Below, piece by piece: positions 13,940 to 26,610 of a stretch of DNA of 64,000 nt. Every line of letters starts with the position of its first letter. Position 1 is the first letter of the stretch. This DNA is from Felis catus. Lineage: Eukaryota. The notes beneath the pieces were generated by a model. The model had not been told where the DNA came from, made no database searches, and was given only the letters and a program-made list of their open reading frames with translations. The stretch is from contig NC_058369.1 of the NCBI RefSeq assembly GCF_018350175.1, positions 23,934,001 through 23,998,000 on the forward strand. Reading direction: 5' to 3'. The position numbers and the translations under genes are program-made.

Positions 13940-14074
13940 CTGGTCGGGAGAGGGCCTGTGATTGGAATGTTGTGGCCTCCCAGGAGATCGGTGGTGGTGG
14001 TGGTGGTGGTGGTGGTGGTAATGGTGGTGGTCCTCATCATAGTTGTCTGCCATCAGCTTCATTCTGTTCTGGGT
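13940..14074 (-). CDS. ERC2: ERC2 exon encoding the poly-histidine segment just before the C-terminal IWA exon
   Basis: Acceptor cttctcttgtttttgttctgtgcAG|ACC CAG AAC AGA ATG...; donor GAC CAG|GTcagt. Length 135 nt = 45 codons, TQNRMKLMADNYDEDHHHYHHHHHHHHHRSPGRPQHSNHRPSPDQ. The His run distinguishes ERC2 from ERC1. Confidence 0.97.
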
Positions 14075-14884
14075 CTGCACAGAACAAAAACAAGAGAAGA
14101 TTCCATCAGGAGCTGGAAGACCAGCCAAAAAGACACAGGGCAAAATTACAGCACCTATAGGGCTCCTTTTGTTCCTGATCCAGAAGTTTTCATTTTTAGT
14201 CAAATTGAAACTTAATAAAGAATGCACCATGTCATTTGGTAAAAGAGCTTGGACCTACATTAGATGTAAGTGCACTTCCCCCTATGTGATTTAAAAGGGG
14301 GAAAAAAGCGGATATATACCTGAAGGTGCTTTGTTTTACATTATCAAGCGATCAGACAGGTCCAGAGTAAGCTTACAATCACAAACTGCCAACAATCACA
14401 TCCTACATCCTAGAGCAAGCAAGAGAAGGAAGCCCTGGATGAAAAGATGGGAAAGGGCTGGGCAAAGACACAGAACTACAGACATGTGATGGTCTTACAA
14501 GACAAGGCAGAGGAATCCACTCAAAAGCTGCCAAATGCAAAAATAGTGATGCAGATGCTATGATGGCTTCTAGGGAAAGCTCTCTATGGACAATTTAATT
14601 GATAGTGCTTTTTGGGGAAATTGAGCAAAAGGAGCAAAGTTGATGTAGAAGAGCTGACCACTGCAATTTATGCCCCACTATGTTTGTCACATGAGGCACC
14701 CAGGTGTCATGGTTTCAATTCCCAGGACATACAATTGTACCGTTTTATTATGTAGGGCAAGAAACAGACCAGCAATGAATTGACCTAACAGGGTATAGAA
14801 CCTAGAAAAATGCCTAAAGACCATGGAAAAAGGCAGATAAAAATATCCAGCCCAGAAAGCCAGGAAATGTAGAGACTACACGTG

Positions 14885-15115
14885 TGTATTTGGAGATATG
14901 ACTGTCTGTATTCAAGCCCCACTCTATGTCTTTGCTGGTTATGTGGTCTTTTGAGAGTTAACTATTTGTAAGCTTCAATTTCCTCAACTCTAAATTGGAG
15001 TAATGGTGTCTCCCTCCATGAGGTCACTGTGAGGAGCAAGGGATACAATGGGCTTCAAGTGTCAGTTCGTGGTCCATAATAGGCTTACAGTAAAAAATCA
15101 AATGCCATTATTACT
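14885..15115 (+). mobile_element. MIR
   Basis: ttcaagccccactctatg...gtgg..tttgagagttaact...gcttcaatttcctcaactctaaattggagtaatg resembles the MIR core. Confidence 0.55.
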
Positions 15116-17059
15116 AATATTTTTGCCATTGTTGACAGTAAGAAACCTCTCCTTCTTATACATGGTATGTCCTCAGCCTGTGGTACCTCCCCCAGCCACC
15201 TTCCCTCACCTCTTCCTTCTGTGTCTGGCTAATTCACAATTTTTTCTCTAGGAGCCTTTTCCTGACTCCATCCCTGATGCCAGGACATGTGCGTCTCCTG
15301 CTTATCATCACTCTGTAACCTCAGATCTTCCTGTCCAGCTGTCAGTAGACTTGAGGCTGTTTCTTTCCCCTGTCTCTCCCCAGAATCTAGCACCGGGCCT
15401 AGTAGATGTAAATACACTGTGCTGCCACGAGGGACTGAAAGAAAGAAGAGCCAGGATTTTGAGGGATGCTGCCATCCTAGAGGTGACTGCACACTTGTTT
15501 TTAGCCAGGGAAGGTCACTGAGAGTTGAGGACATCTCAGGAGTTGCCATAACAATCCCACTGGTGGCTTGAGATGATAGCGAAACATCAGCACTTCAGGA
15601 GAGCTGGAAATCAAAGGCAGAGCCTCCAACTGGCTGGAATTTTATTAGGTAATATAAATAATAGTTTGATAACAATTCTGGACCTAACATAGTGTATTCT
15701 TGTAGCATGTTTCATGTACAATCTAACTAATCCTCAAAACTTTCCTGGGAGGAATTATTACTGTCCTCACTTGCAGCTAGAAAATCAAGACAGAGATTTC
15801 AGCCCCCAGAGTCTCATTTTTACATAGAACATAGAGATTTCCTGGGTCTTCCAATTCTCAATATCTAGCCTTTGCTCTTTGCCATGCTACTAGCAGAAAA
15901 GACAAACAGCTAATCAAACAGAAACAGCTTTCCCATAGATGCTTTGCTTCTGTTAAGTTTTGGAAACACTTCATATCCCAGTTCTATCTGCCAGTGGATA
16001 TCTCATGATTTACTCACCCCATTGTGAAAAATGTGTATGATATCTGAAAGTCCTCACAGTGGGTGTAACAAAATGCATGTGTATGGTTAAAAACAATAAA
16101 AATAGAGGGAAAAGTCCACCTAACAATTAAATAAAAAATCCCAGGCAATCTTTGGCAGCTGATAGCAATTTCACCCTTCTCCTGTCCACTTAAAGTGTCA
16201 GAAGACCCAATGGGCAAGTTACAGCTTGTGAGAAAGAGCAGGTCAGTGGAGCTGTTGCCGACCAAGTACGGAGAGTCCCCTCATTCGGCCTGCCCTCCTA
16301 CAAGTGATTCTCAAATACAGTGTTCACGCCTGAAATTCACTCCAATATTGTTAGGAACCTGTACTTTTGAACTCATGAACTAATAAATCTGAAATTGTTT
16401 CTTCTAACAGAATTCTGAGAGCCTGAAGGGAGCTGTAAGACCTGCCACGGTCAAGAAGGAAGGGGCTCACCCAAGAATGAGCGATGAAGCCTAAATGAAC
16501 AAATAATAACTCTGCTATTGTAAACATCATAATGTCCTTATCCTTTGGGGAAGCTCCTGTGATTTTATGAGATTATTTTCTTACTAGCAACAAGCCTAAA
16601 GTTTCCTACCTTTGAACTGTATCCCATAAAAGAATGTACAAGCTAAACAAGATGCTATATGCAGTCCTAAATGTGTCTGCTGAAATGAGGTGTTGGAGAA
16701 TAGGCATGTCATGGGATAAAGACTGTAAATGAATGATGTCATCTTTCCAATTTGGTGCTGAAATATAAATAAACCATGTTGTTCATGTGAATACCAGATC
16801 TGGGGGAAATGTACACAGAGCAATTGTGAGCGGAAGAGGCTTCTTTTGATTAGTCTGGAATGGAAGAGAAGAGTGTGAACCAGAGATGAATAATGAGAAT
16901 TTGGCTTGATACTCTAGGCCATTTTTATTTATCTTGCTTGTAACATATCCCCTAAACTGTGACCGATTTCTTACAGGCTGGATGTTAGTTTTCCCGTCTA
17001 TAAAAAAAGTTTGACCAATTCTACTCACTTAATTGTCAAACTGAAAATGGATCTCTTTT

Positions 17060-17275
17060 ATTATTTTTTTATGTTCATTTATTTATTTTTGAGAGAGACA
17101 GAGACAGTGTGAATGAGGGAGGGGCAGAGAGAGAGGGGGAGAGAGAATCCCAAGTAGGCTCCATGCTGCCAGCACAGAGCCCAATGTGGGGCTCAAACTC
17201 ATGAAACTGTGAGATTGTGACCTGAGCCCAAACCAAGAGTCGGATGCTTAACTCCCTGAGCCACCCAGGTGCCCC
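17060..17275 (-). mobile_element. Can-SINE (feliform SINEC)
   Basis: Reverse complement begins GGGGCACCTGGGTGGCTCAG, with tRNA-derived body, (CT)n region and AATAAA/A-rich tail. Confidence 0.95.
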
Positions 17276-17829
17276 TCTTTTGATTTTTTTAAAAAAACCT
17301 ATATTACCTATCCTCATCTTCGCCCAATTATATTGGCTTCCTAACATACCAAGAATGGTCTAGAAGGGTGAAAAGACATGAATAAATCTCCCTTGAAGAT
17401 CGATGGAAGAAAAACTATAGAAAATTGTAACAAAGATAGCATGTGTTCAAAGAACTCTAGACACGCTTACCAGGTGACTCCATGTGCAATGGTTCATATC
17501 CCTGCAGTCGACAGATACACAAGGTGCCCACCACAAAGCCTTAAATAGCAGTTCTTCTGGGCAGTCATAACTGGAATCTCAGGAAAATCAATACAGAGTT
17601 AGAGAGAGGGAGAACTTTCCACAGCACCGCACTTGGGAACTCGTGGACTCATTTAGCAATGCACCGAGGCCCATTTTTATTTCCTTTTCAGTGTCTACCA
17701 AACTGCTGACCTGACACGTTTGCCTTTGGCTAACTGTGTTATATTCATTTTACTATATTATGTCATGACTGCTGAGACAGATCTAATCAGATTTTATTTT
17801 CCACTTCCTCTTTCTTCCAGGCGCCACCT

Positions 17830-18462
17830 TATTTCTCTAGGGCGAAAGACTCCTCTAACAGCTCTCCCGCTGCACTCCTGCCTCCCACTGAACACAATCC
17901 ATAGCTGGAGTGACATCAGATCCCTGTTAGTCCCTGGCTTCAAGCTCCTCAGAGACTCCCCACTGCCCTCAGGAAAAGAGCCCCAGCTCCTCCACAGCTT
18001 ACAAAGCTCTTGGGGGGTAACTGCTTGCTGTTCATTTCCAACCTCACCTCTTGGGCTCCGTATCCCCAGCCCTGGGATGTGCCATTCACAGTTCCAGTCA
18101 TGCTCTTCATTCTCCCTCCCTTCACCTGAGTTATACCCGTTAATTCTTCTGGCCTTAGCTTTAACACCATCACCTCCAGGAACGCCTCCCCCGAGCCTGC
18201 CACAGAAGGGATTCGGTTCTCTTCCACTGCCTTCCCCGGGATCATGTAGCCACCTCCAAGCTCCTTTCCATTATAGCACTTATCCCAATGAATGGTAAAT
18301 AATCATGTGCCATCTTGGCTTTCTCCACCACTAGGTTAAAATTCTCTTGAGGAAAGCACTACATCTGAATCCTTGTACTTACCACCTGGCACAGAGTTTG
18401 GTGCATATGCAGTAAATAAATGTGTGTCAGATAAATGTATGGATGTATGAAGGAATGAATAA
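17830..18462 (+). mobile_element. L2 3' fragment
   Basis: Pyrimidine-rich body ending ...cacctggcacagagtttggtgcatatgcagtaaataaatg...gaaggaatgaat (L2 tail). Explains the 192-aa ORF at 17720-18298. Confidence 0.65.
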
Positions 18463-20134
18463 AATGGGTGTAGACGATTCTGGAACAGATGAAAGGGAAA
18501 AGTGTACACTTAGCTTCTACGATGAGCCAGCTGAGTATATAAATCTTCATGTGATAGTTTAACTCTTCCTATTGTGTATTTGTTTTTGGTTGCTGTTCTT
18601 GGGAATGGGAGCACAAGTTAGTATAGTTTTGGAGCTGTTGGAAAAGCTGAATTGGTTTTCTTCAAGATATATTCCATTCTTTAGTAAAATGGACCCAGTG
18701 AAATACTCCGTGTCCCTGGTTAACTTACCTCATTAAGAATAAAGGATTGGGGGTGTTATGGGATTCATTTCCTTACTATCCCCTAGCCTTTAGAAGAGCA
18801 GGAGTCTTTAGAATACTTTTGTTAGTACCAAAAGTCAACCATGGAAAACTGAAACTTTATCCATTAACTAAAATCCCTGATGAACACCATCTGTGAAAAG
18901 GTGCCATATACTCCATCTCTTTGACATTTCTGAAGAGTTTATCCAAGGAGCTCTTGAAACAAAATGAAAATCCTTGATTGACTAGTAATAGACTCAATAG
19001 CTTAATGGCAATATGTAGCTATAAAAGTGTAATATTAAAACTGCCTTTAAAAATATTTTAGCAAGGTGGCAATAATGAACTATGCTTTGATCAGTCATCT
19101 GGATCAAGTTAACAATAAAACCTTCATGAATATGGTTTAAATAAGAAAAAAATATAATAAGATTTGTTGCTATGGGATATGGAGATAATACCATACAATA
19201 GCAATTACACTTTCTTCTATCAGGTTTTGTTTTCTCCCTCTTTCCTGCCAGGGAAATCTGAAATAGTCCAGAACTCTTCTACTGGTCTTGTTTCTGCCAA
19301 ATCAGAGCAAGGTCAACAGTTCTTGTCTCAGAGCAAAAGATGGAGAGACCAGACAACAACTGGACAGTGAGGAGGCAAGGGATTTCCTGTACATCCACCA
19401 GGCCCACATGGCAATGAATCATAATTGAGTGGCGTCTGGGTTCCAATGGTTGGGTCACTCTTGGAGGACAAAACGAAGCAGCAGGATGAAGAAGCTATTA
19501 GGGGAGTGTGCCGCATCATGGAACTTTATGGGATTAAGTAAGAATCAATGATGGAAAGGCTTCCACTGTGGACATTGCACAGAAATTCATTCAACACTTA
19601 CCAAAATTCTGTAACCATAAAGAACAATGATGTGCCAGGCTAAGTGTTTGGTTAGTATACTTGCATTGACTCCTTGCTTTTGAGATAGCTATTCTTATGA
19701 GCCTTCTTTTACAGTTGAGAAACCCAAACCCATCATTGCTCAGCTCCACTCACTGGAGGAACAGGACTGAAACCCAGGTTTCTGACTCCCAAGTCCTATT
19801 GTAGTGAGGTGAAGGGTAGGTCCCAGGCCAGAGACTGGGGACAGACAAAGCAAAGATAAATAAGACATGAGGAATTAGAGGACTATGTCACAAGATGGGA
19901 AGGAAAAAAAGAGGGAAGGGATTGGTTTACACAAATGCCCAAAGACTGGAAAAATCCCCTCCAGCTGAGGGCAGGGGCATCAAATAAGGCCCCATGGGTC
20001 AGATGCCCTTGAACTAAGACTTGAAAGTTGGCAGGGACATGAGTATGAAGAAGAGCAGGCTGGGGAGATTCCATGGTAAACTCACCTTGAGAGGAAAAAC
20101 AGATCAATAGGGGGACTGGAATCCAAAATATGAG

Positions 20135-20136
<2 letters not shown>

Positions 20137-20174
<38 letters not shown>
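20137..20174. repeat. (GT)n microsatellite
   Basis: About 19 perfect GT units. Confidence 0.95.
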
Positions 20175-20175
<1 letters not shown>

Positions 20176-20614
20176 GCTTTCTTCATTCCCATATTGGATG
20201 TGGGGAGAGTAGGAAACATTTGAGATGATAATTAACTATCTTATTTCTCAAAAGACCTTATGAACGTGGGACATTTGGGAAGGTATTTAAGACAGAGCAA
20301 TCGTCATATGCTCACACGTGTCAAACCATGGCATCTCTGAGAAAATGAGCCAGGCTCTGGACATCTATGTATTTACAACTGTCTATACATCTACTGCTAC
20401 AACATCAGTCCTGCTTTGAAAACTGGTCTCATATCCTCCAATTCATTCAGCTGATCAGTCCTTTCTGACTTCCCACTGTGTTAGAAGCCCTCCCTCAGTC
20501 TTTATTTATAAATGGAAAATTAGTAGGTCACCATGGAGAGTTTAGAAGCTATTTTTGCTACCTATTCATTAAATGCCGTTATTTTATTTTTATTTTTAAT
20601 TATTATAGAGAATG

Positions 20615-21093
20615 TCATATCCTCTTGTCTACCCTGGAAGTCACTTGCAGCTTGAATGGACCTGCAGTCCTGGATGTGCTGCTATCTTCCCATCTCAAAT
20701 CCATGTACCTCTCTGCCTGAAGTCTTCCTCTAGCCACAGGTGCAGTTTGGCCAGGGAACAGGGCAGGCCAAAGTGTGGGGAGTTCACGTCCTTAGAACAA
20801 TGCTCGATCTATGAGGGAGGGAGGGAGGGAGGTGATGGATAAATAACCAATGTCCCAGTCCTTTTGTGGGACCATCCTATGGTATGTTTCAGAATCTCTC
20901 AAAAGATCCTAGCAGACTGTTGCCCTGGCTGATTTTAGCAGGTAAGCACACAATAATTCACCTTTATTGGCATTTTCACATTCTGTTTCACTTCTCAATT
21001 TTCTCATCATGCTTCTTGGGATCACCTCCCAAATAAACTACCTGCACCAAATCTTTGTCTCTGGGTATGTTTTTGTGAGAACCCCAGCTAATG
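20615..21093 (+). mobile_element. ERVL solo LTR, LTR16-like
   Basis: The 3' end cttcttgggatcacctcccaaataaactacctgcaccaaatctttgtctctgggtatgtttttgtgagaaccccagctaa is characteristic of LTR16. The 5' boundary is approximate. Confidence 0.7.
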
Positions 21094-21828
21094 ATTAACA
21101 AGCCTATGTCTAACTTTTGCACAGGACTAACATTTCTGTGACTACCAGGCCTTTCCATGGACAGCTTTTGAGATTTCTCATCACCTGGGAACATAGATCT
21201 CTCATCTTTTCTAGGGGAGTAACATAGGCCTGGCACTAGTTCTGTTTCTGCCAAATATTTAATATGAGACTTAGGCTGAATTACTTTTCTATGAGCCTCA
21301 GTTCCTGTATCTATAAAATGGGCAAGAGAAGAAAGAATGTCTTTAGCATGAACCAAACTCCACATAGATAAGATGCTGGTCTATTGTTCTTATTCCTTGT
21401 TGTACATTTTGCACAGTTTTTCCTTCTCTTTTCCTTCTAAAATCAAGGGAGAGAAATTATTCTGGTAGACTACTTCCTGCTGCCACCTTAGGAACCTGAA
21501 GAGTTCCCAGAAAGGTTGTAGACAACGACTGAAGGGAAAGCATGCTTGCCTCTGTTCTACTACCAGCCAGTGCAGCCCATGGGGGGAGAATTATCTACAG
21601 AGAAAGAGTTCTATGTGCTCTGCCAGTAATGGGGAGGTTAGGATTCCTCACAGTGGCAGAAAAAAGGCCAGCATTATGAGATGGAGTCACTTATAAATAT
21701 CAGTGATGACAACCAATGCTTCCCCAGGCCTGTTGTGTGCCAAGCATAGCAACTTTGCTGTTGTCATCTAATTTAGTCCATTACACCAACAGCGATGTAG
21801 GTTGAAGGTGAGGGGCATATTGAGGATC

Positions 21829-21841
21829 TTTTTTTTTTTTT

Positions 21842-21880
<39 letters not shown>

Positions 21881-22027
21881 GGGGGAGAGGGGCAGAGGGA
21901 GAATCAAGCAGGCTCCACACGCGGCGTGGAGCCCAATGCCAGGCTTGATCCCATGATCATGAGATCGTGACCAGAGTCAAAGTCAAGAGTCAGAAGCTTA
22001 ACGGAATGTGAGCCACTCAGGCACCCC
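21829..22027 (-). mobile_element. Can-SINE
   Basis: Poly-T, (GA)n, SINE body, ending gagccactcaggcacccc. Confidence 0.93.
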
Positions 22028-22124
22028 TTAAAAACTTTAATAGCTGCTATAACAGGGGCAGAAACCAAAAGAACCAAGAGTGACTCAAATGCAAATGACC
22101 TTGTTGTCAGTCCTGGTAGAGGCT

Positions 22125-22255
22125 GTTAGTATCCCCACTTTACAGATGAAGAAACTGAGGTTTAGGAAGACTAGGAAGTTTACCCAAGATCACACAACTG
22201 GTAGATTTGGAACTCTAATTCCAGAGCCTTCTATGTAACCACTGTACCCTACTGC
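22125..22255 (-). mobile_element. MIR
   Basis: atccccactttacagatgaagaaactgaggtttaggaagactaggaagtttacccaagatcacacaactgg is the reverse MIR core. Confidence 0.75.
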
Positions 22256-23479
22256 TCAGATCCATAAGGACTGACACCTGCATTAAAAAAAAAAAAAAAG
22301 ATTGATCTGGGAATGGGCTCCAACTCTCTGCACAATGACTCTAGAGCTGAGAAGAGAAGCAGTTCACTTTATTGATTTTAATGTTCTCTGAAAACAATGA
22401 GACTCAGACATACTCTAAAATCTTGATTGAGTCTCAAAGGAGTCCATGTTGCTGACCGACCCTAATATAAATTCAAAAGTCATTACTCACAATCCATACT
22501 AACTTTTAATGCTTCAACCAAGATGGTTTTGCAGCTAGGCTAGGATATTAGCAACTGCAGACAACCAAGGAATTTCTAACATCCTGAGCACTGTTGGAGG
22601 TGGTGGGGTCCGGGGGGTGGGCGGGAGGGAAAAACTCTAGAAGTTTCTACCACAAAGTTACTTAGTTAAGCACAGGTCTGTTTAATTAAGTAGTGGGCAG
22701 CACATGCTATACTTAGCTTTTAAACACTTGTAAAGTCCTCTTCATTCATTTATCTTACTTGTCACTGACAAGCTCTTCAAGGACTGTAACAGTATGCAGA
22801 GCATGAAGAGCCTGGGTAAACAACACATATTTTATGTGGAGTCTAAACTATTTCAACTCAGAGAGTCAATAGAGGGTCTCTGGAAAAAAAAAAACAAAAA
22901 AACAAAAAAACAAAAAAAAATAGGCTGTCCTTCTAACTAAGGATGCATTCTCTGCATGGTCTATTATGAGTTTCTTCAGAAAGTGAGTTTCAAAAATCAA
23001 ATCCCAATTTTTTAGCTAAAAAGAAAAAGGGGGGTGGAAAGAAAAGAAGGAAGGGAGGAGGGAAGGATGAAGGAAAAGAAAGAGAAAACAGATGAAAAAG
23101 GAAAAGAAAAAAGGAAGAAAGAAACAGAGGAGGCTATTTGCAGGCACTGGGATTCAGACTCTGTAATTGTGTTGACAGGGAGGTTAAGGTCTTCATTCAA
23201 TTCACACAGTCAACAAATATTTATTATCACTGGCCTAGGCAGAACTGGCATTACCACATCATCTCATCAACTAATGAATTAAAAACACACACAAAAAAAC
23301 CCACCCCAGTGTCTAGCCTAACATAATTAGCCAATAGATTGTAAAATGCCAGTGAGTGACAATTCCAAGGAGAACTTGAAGGACTTCAGTAGCCCAGCAC
23401 ACCTCAGGAAGGGACAGAGAGTCTTACAAGACGAGGGCTAAGAAGACCAGTGTCCACACACCTGGAGATATACAAGAAT

Positions 23480-23640
23480 ATTCACAGGGAGTAAATGGAC
23501 TTTGTAATAGTTATGGATTTACTTAAAAATGCATTTGAATGCAACAAGCACATCAAACACAGAATTCATACAAATTATATCAGAAGACATGGAAAACGTA
23601 GTGAAGGTGGTTCTCAAAATGACTGAAGCTTGAGACACCC
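23480..23640. mobile_element. hAT-Charlie remnant
   Basis: gacatggaaaacgtagtgaaggtggttctcaaaatgactgaagcttgagacaccct resembles a Charlie/MER terminus. Confidence 0.4.
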
Positions 23641-24943
23641 TCATCAAAATGAAAGAGCAGTTGGGAATGGATTCGGTTGCGGACAGCAGAGTCTGGAATC
23701 TGGAGTAGCTTGGGGAGAACGAATGCATCCCCAGGAACTGTCAGAGGACAGAAGGACATTCTCCAGGGGCTTTTGACCTCAACGCAGAACTGGGAGCAAA
23801 TGAAATCTGGGACTGCTCCCAGTTCTGAAGCTGAGTGGAAGGGCATCAACCCAAGACCTCCTCTGCACCTCAGTCCCTTCAAAACAAGACAAATGACAAC
23901 AAAAGGGGGAAAGAGGGAGGGTGTGAGCAACGCAAAACATGTGATGGGGCTGTTGGCCATTCTGCACACAGAGAGAAGCCCGGGGAGGGGTGGGGAGGCA
24001 AGAGCAGAGGTTTGGCAGGGCGCAGGGGCCTGGCAGTAGAGAGCAGGAGGAAGACAGTGAAAGACAGCTTAGGCCCTGGACAGAGAACAAAACCCCTCTC
24101 CCCAGCTGCTCTCACACTTGGGTAAAACAATTGGAGAAAATGTAAACACACTCATTAGTAGTTTTCCAATCAGTTGGAAAACAAATGAGAAGAAAGAAAT
24201 GGCAGCGGAGTGTCCCAAATACCAAAATTATGAAACATTCCCTCTGGCGTTTATCTCCTCATTGGGCTGTTTGCTGTTTGGATTTCAGTGCCCTTACTAG
24301 CTTTATATGGGATACTCCTAACTTAGGCTAGCTAGCACCAATTTACTTCCACATGGTAAAAAGAGTGTGAGTCACATGTTCCACTCTGGGTAGGTCTCAG
24401 TGGACAACTACCCCCCAGGGACACACAGACACGACAGGCACATCATTCGTTGGCACTCACGTGCTTCTTGAGCTGATATTCCCCCAGCACACAAAAATGA
24501 AAACTCATCCATAACCACCACCTCTTCTCCTGTGAAAACTTAACACCAAAGAACAGACAAAGTGGAACTCCTGGGTTTCTGAGTCTGACAGAAATACAAT
24601 TTCCAGAAAGGATGAAATGACATTCTGATTTCATCTGGAGATGCCCAGGGTGTTGAATCATGTTCCCCACTCCCCCCGTCACCGCCCCCACTGCCCCCAA
24701 CATTATATTAAATTCATCAAATGGATGTATTTTGAAAACATTTTTTTTCTTAGTCACTTGTTTAGGGTAGAATCCAAAATGCTGATGTTTCTATCATCCT
24801 GAAGTGTTAATAGTGTAAGTAGTAAATAACCAGATGTACTTAAACTTGAATCTAAACAGAAGCAGGCATTTAAGTACAGAATGAACATTTCTTCACAGCA
24901 CTAGGAAAAGGTGGGTAACTGGACAGTTGAGGTAATCTCCTCT

Positions 24944-25155
24944 TTTTTTAAATGTTTATTTCTTTATTTTGATAGTGAGAGAGATAGAGATTGAGTAGGG
25001 GAGGGGCAGAGAGAGAGGGAGATAGAGAATCCCAACCAGGTTCCACCCTGTCAGCACAGAGCCCAACACTGGGCTTGAACTCATGAACCCTGAGATCATG
25101 ACCTGAGCTGAAATCAAGAGTCAGTCACTTAACTGACTGAGCCACCCAGGCACTC
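24944..25155 (-). mobile_element. Can-SINE with degenerate TSD
   Basis: Full SINE body. Flanks are TGAGGTAATCTCCTCT (24928) and TGAGGTGATCTCTTCT (25156). Confidence 0.95.
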
Positions 25156-25659
25156 TGAGGTGATCTCTTCTAAGACTCTTGAGAATTTCAGGAACAATCT
25201 CAAAATCTCTCTTCTACGAATGAGGGCTTACCAGAATAATCCAGATTCACGGCAATGTTAGTGGTTGGCCACACCTTAAATCAATGAATCCAAGTTTACT
25301 ATTTTACTGAAAGACAGACTAAGTCTCCAAAAGGTTGAAGTTAATCACAAACCCAGGAGAAAGCCCTAGAATACTTGACTGTTGGCCCCAGGCCCTTCCT
25401 GTGCCCCTGGCTGCTTTCCCATTTGATTTGCATGTGTAGACAAGTCCACCATGCCCATGACCAGTAACACCACAGACCACCTTATGTCTTTGTTTTGCAT
25501 TCCAAAGTACTATGGTATTAATTTCCATTCTTGCAGTCTGAACAGCATCAAACACCTAATCATTTTGGTCTCAATGCCTACAGATAGGTTAAGGAATTTT
25601 CCATTTTCTTTGAGATATGAGTCTTAGTTCCCTAGCAGAACTACTGATTTAGCTTTATA

Positions 25660-26610
25660 ATTTCTTCTTTTTTATAGCATCTATTAGTTTTTTATTACAT
25701 AAAGCATACATGCTAGCTGTGAAAAATTAAATAATACAAAAGACTTTATGAAAAGAAAAGTAATATTCCCTCTCTGACTACCCGAATATCTATTCCCACT
25801 GTTAAGGTTTTTTTGTGTTTTACCAGACAATTTTTATGCATAATGCAAACACAGACACTTGTACATACTCCTCTAGAAATAAAATGCCCAATATGTCTTG
25901 ACCAGCCTTACATATCAAGATCATATAGAGTGATATCATTTCTAATGGTTACACATTATTCCATTCCATGCATGTACTTTTATTTACCAATCTTCTGTTG
26001 ATGTACTAAAATAGTGGGCAGAACTCTTTATTTTGTTCAAAGCTCTATCCCAAGCACCTAAAACATTACCTGGCACACAGTGAATGTTTGTTGAATGAAT
26101 AAATGAATGAATGAGGGACATTTGGGTCATTTCCAGTTTTTCATTATTCCAAAAATATTTAAAGAATACTTTTCCACAGGGATAGTTTTATCTGTCCTCA
26201 TGTGCTTGTTCTCATCAAGGATGGGTGCTGAAACAGCTTATAAAAGCTGTTTCTATAACATGCTAGGAAAAGAGATTTAGGAGAGACCCCTAGAATAGAG
26301 TATACACATTTTAAACCTTGAAAGATATCACTAAATTTCCCTTTAGAAATGTTGGCCAACTTCCAGTCTGTGCCCCTTTCCCCAGACTGTGCCAACACAG
26401 AGTCTCTTCAAATTCTAATCTTCAAAAATCCAATACGTGAAAAACTGTATCACATTCATATTTCCTTCAATATAATTTGAGGCTGAGCATCTTTTCAAAC
26501 ATTTATTGGCTGTTTCTATTTCACTATCTGTGAGCCTCCTTTTGCCCACTTTGGGGGAGGGATCGGGGGACTTTTCTCTTACTGGTTGTAACAATAATTG
26601 CATATTTTAA
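25660..26610 (-). mobile_element. Old L1 (L1ME-like) fragment, with an L2 tail at ~26010-26112
   Basis: gggacatttgggtcatttccagtttttcattatt..., gaggctgagcatcttttcaaacatttattggctgtt...cttttgcccactt are antisense L1 ORF2/3'UTR motifs. Confidence 0.6.

Noticed and set aside
13958..14215. Plus-strand ORFs with poly-Val or poly-Gly
   Set aside because: These are antisense readings of the (CAC)n His codons of the ERC2 exon.
13880..14230. 116-aa minus ORF as a stand-alone gene
   Set aside because: Only 14074-13940 is ERC2 coding and it is bounded by clear splice sites. The flanks are intronic read-through.
15586..15606. REST/RE1-like TCAGCACTTCAGGAGAGC (and TTCAGCACAC at ~40989)
   Set aside because: Wrong half-site spacing and several mismatches to the RE1 consensus.
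17720..18298. 192-aa ORF
   Set aside because: It overlaps a pyrimidine-rich L2 remnant, has a low-complexity S/P/L composition and resembles no protein I know.
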